Shown here in pieces: positions 39,515-39,523 of a DNA stretch of 39,523 nucleotides (position 1 is the first letter of the stretch; each line of letters opens with the position of its first letter). The DNA is from Octopus sinensis. Its lineage: Eukaryota. The stretch is taken from positions 1 through 39,523 of the forward strand of contig NW_021824649.1 in NCBI RefSeq assembly GCF_006345805.1, read 5' to 3'. The notes under the pieces are model-generated. The model was given only the letters and a program-made list of their open reading frames with translations, had not been told where the DNA came from and ran no database searches. The position numbers and the translations under genes are program-made.

Positions 39515-39523
39515 TATATATAT

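Overview
AT-rich eukaryotic DNA saturated with microsatellites and SINEs; the repeat families look like those of octopus genomes (recognition-based inference, not a search result). Almost all ORFs in the supplied track are translations of simple repeats or SINEs. One spliced protein-coding gene is supported on the minus strand (coding exons 29259-29179, 27788-27752, 27104-25493, possibly a short terminal exon at 24948-24930). It encodes about 580 aa with two ZC3H7/HELZ2-like zinc-finger modules followed by a low-complexity tail. The rest is mobile and repetitive DNA: three tRNA-headed SINE families, a non-autonomous Helitron, a DD37D (maT-type) transposase remnant, a MITE, a TSD-flanked non-LTR 3' end, a ~108-bp minisatellite, a ~1.47-kb tandem duplication and a long inverted duplication. 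The least obvious signal is three unrelated short elements with type I hammerhead-ribozyme cores of the kind carried by Penelope-like elements. One has a compensated A3-U8 core pair and lies on the gene's sense strand upstream of its first coding exon.
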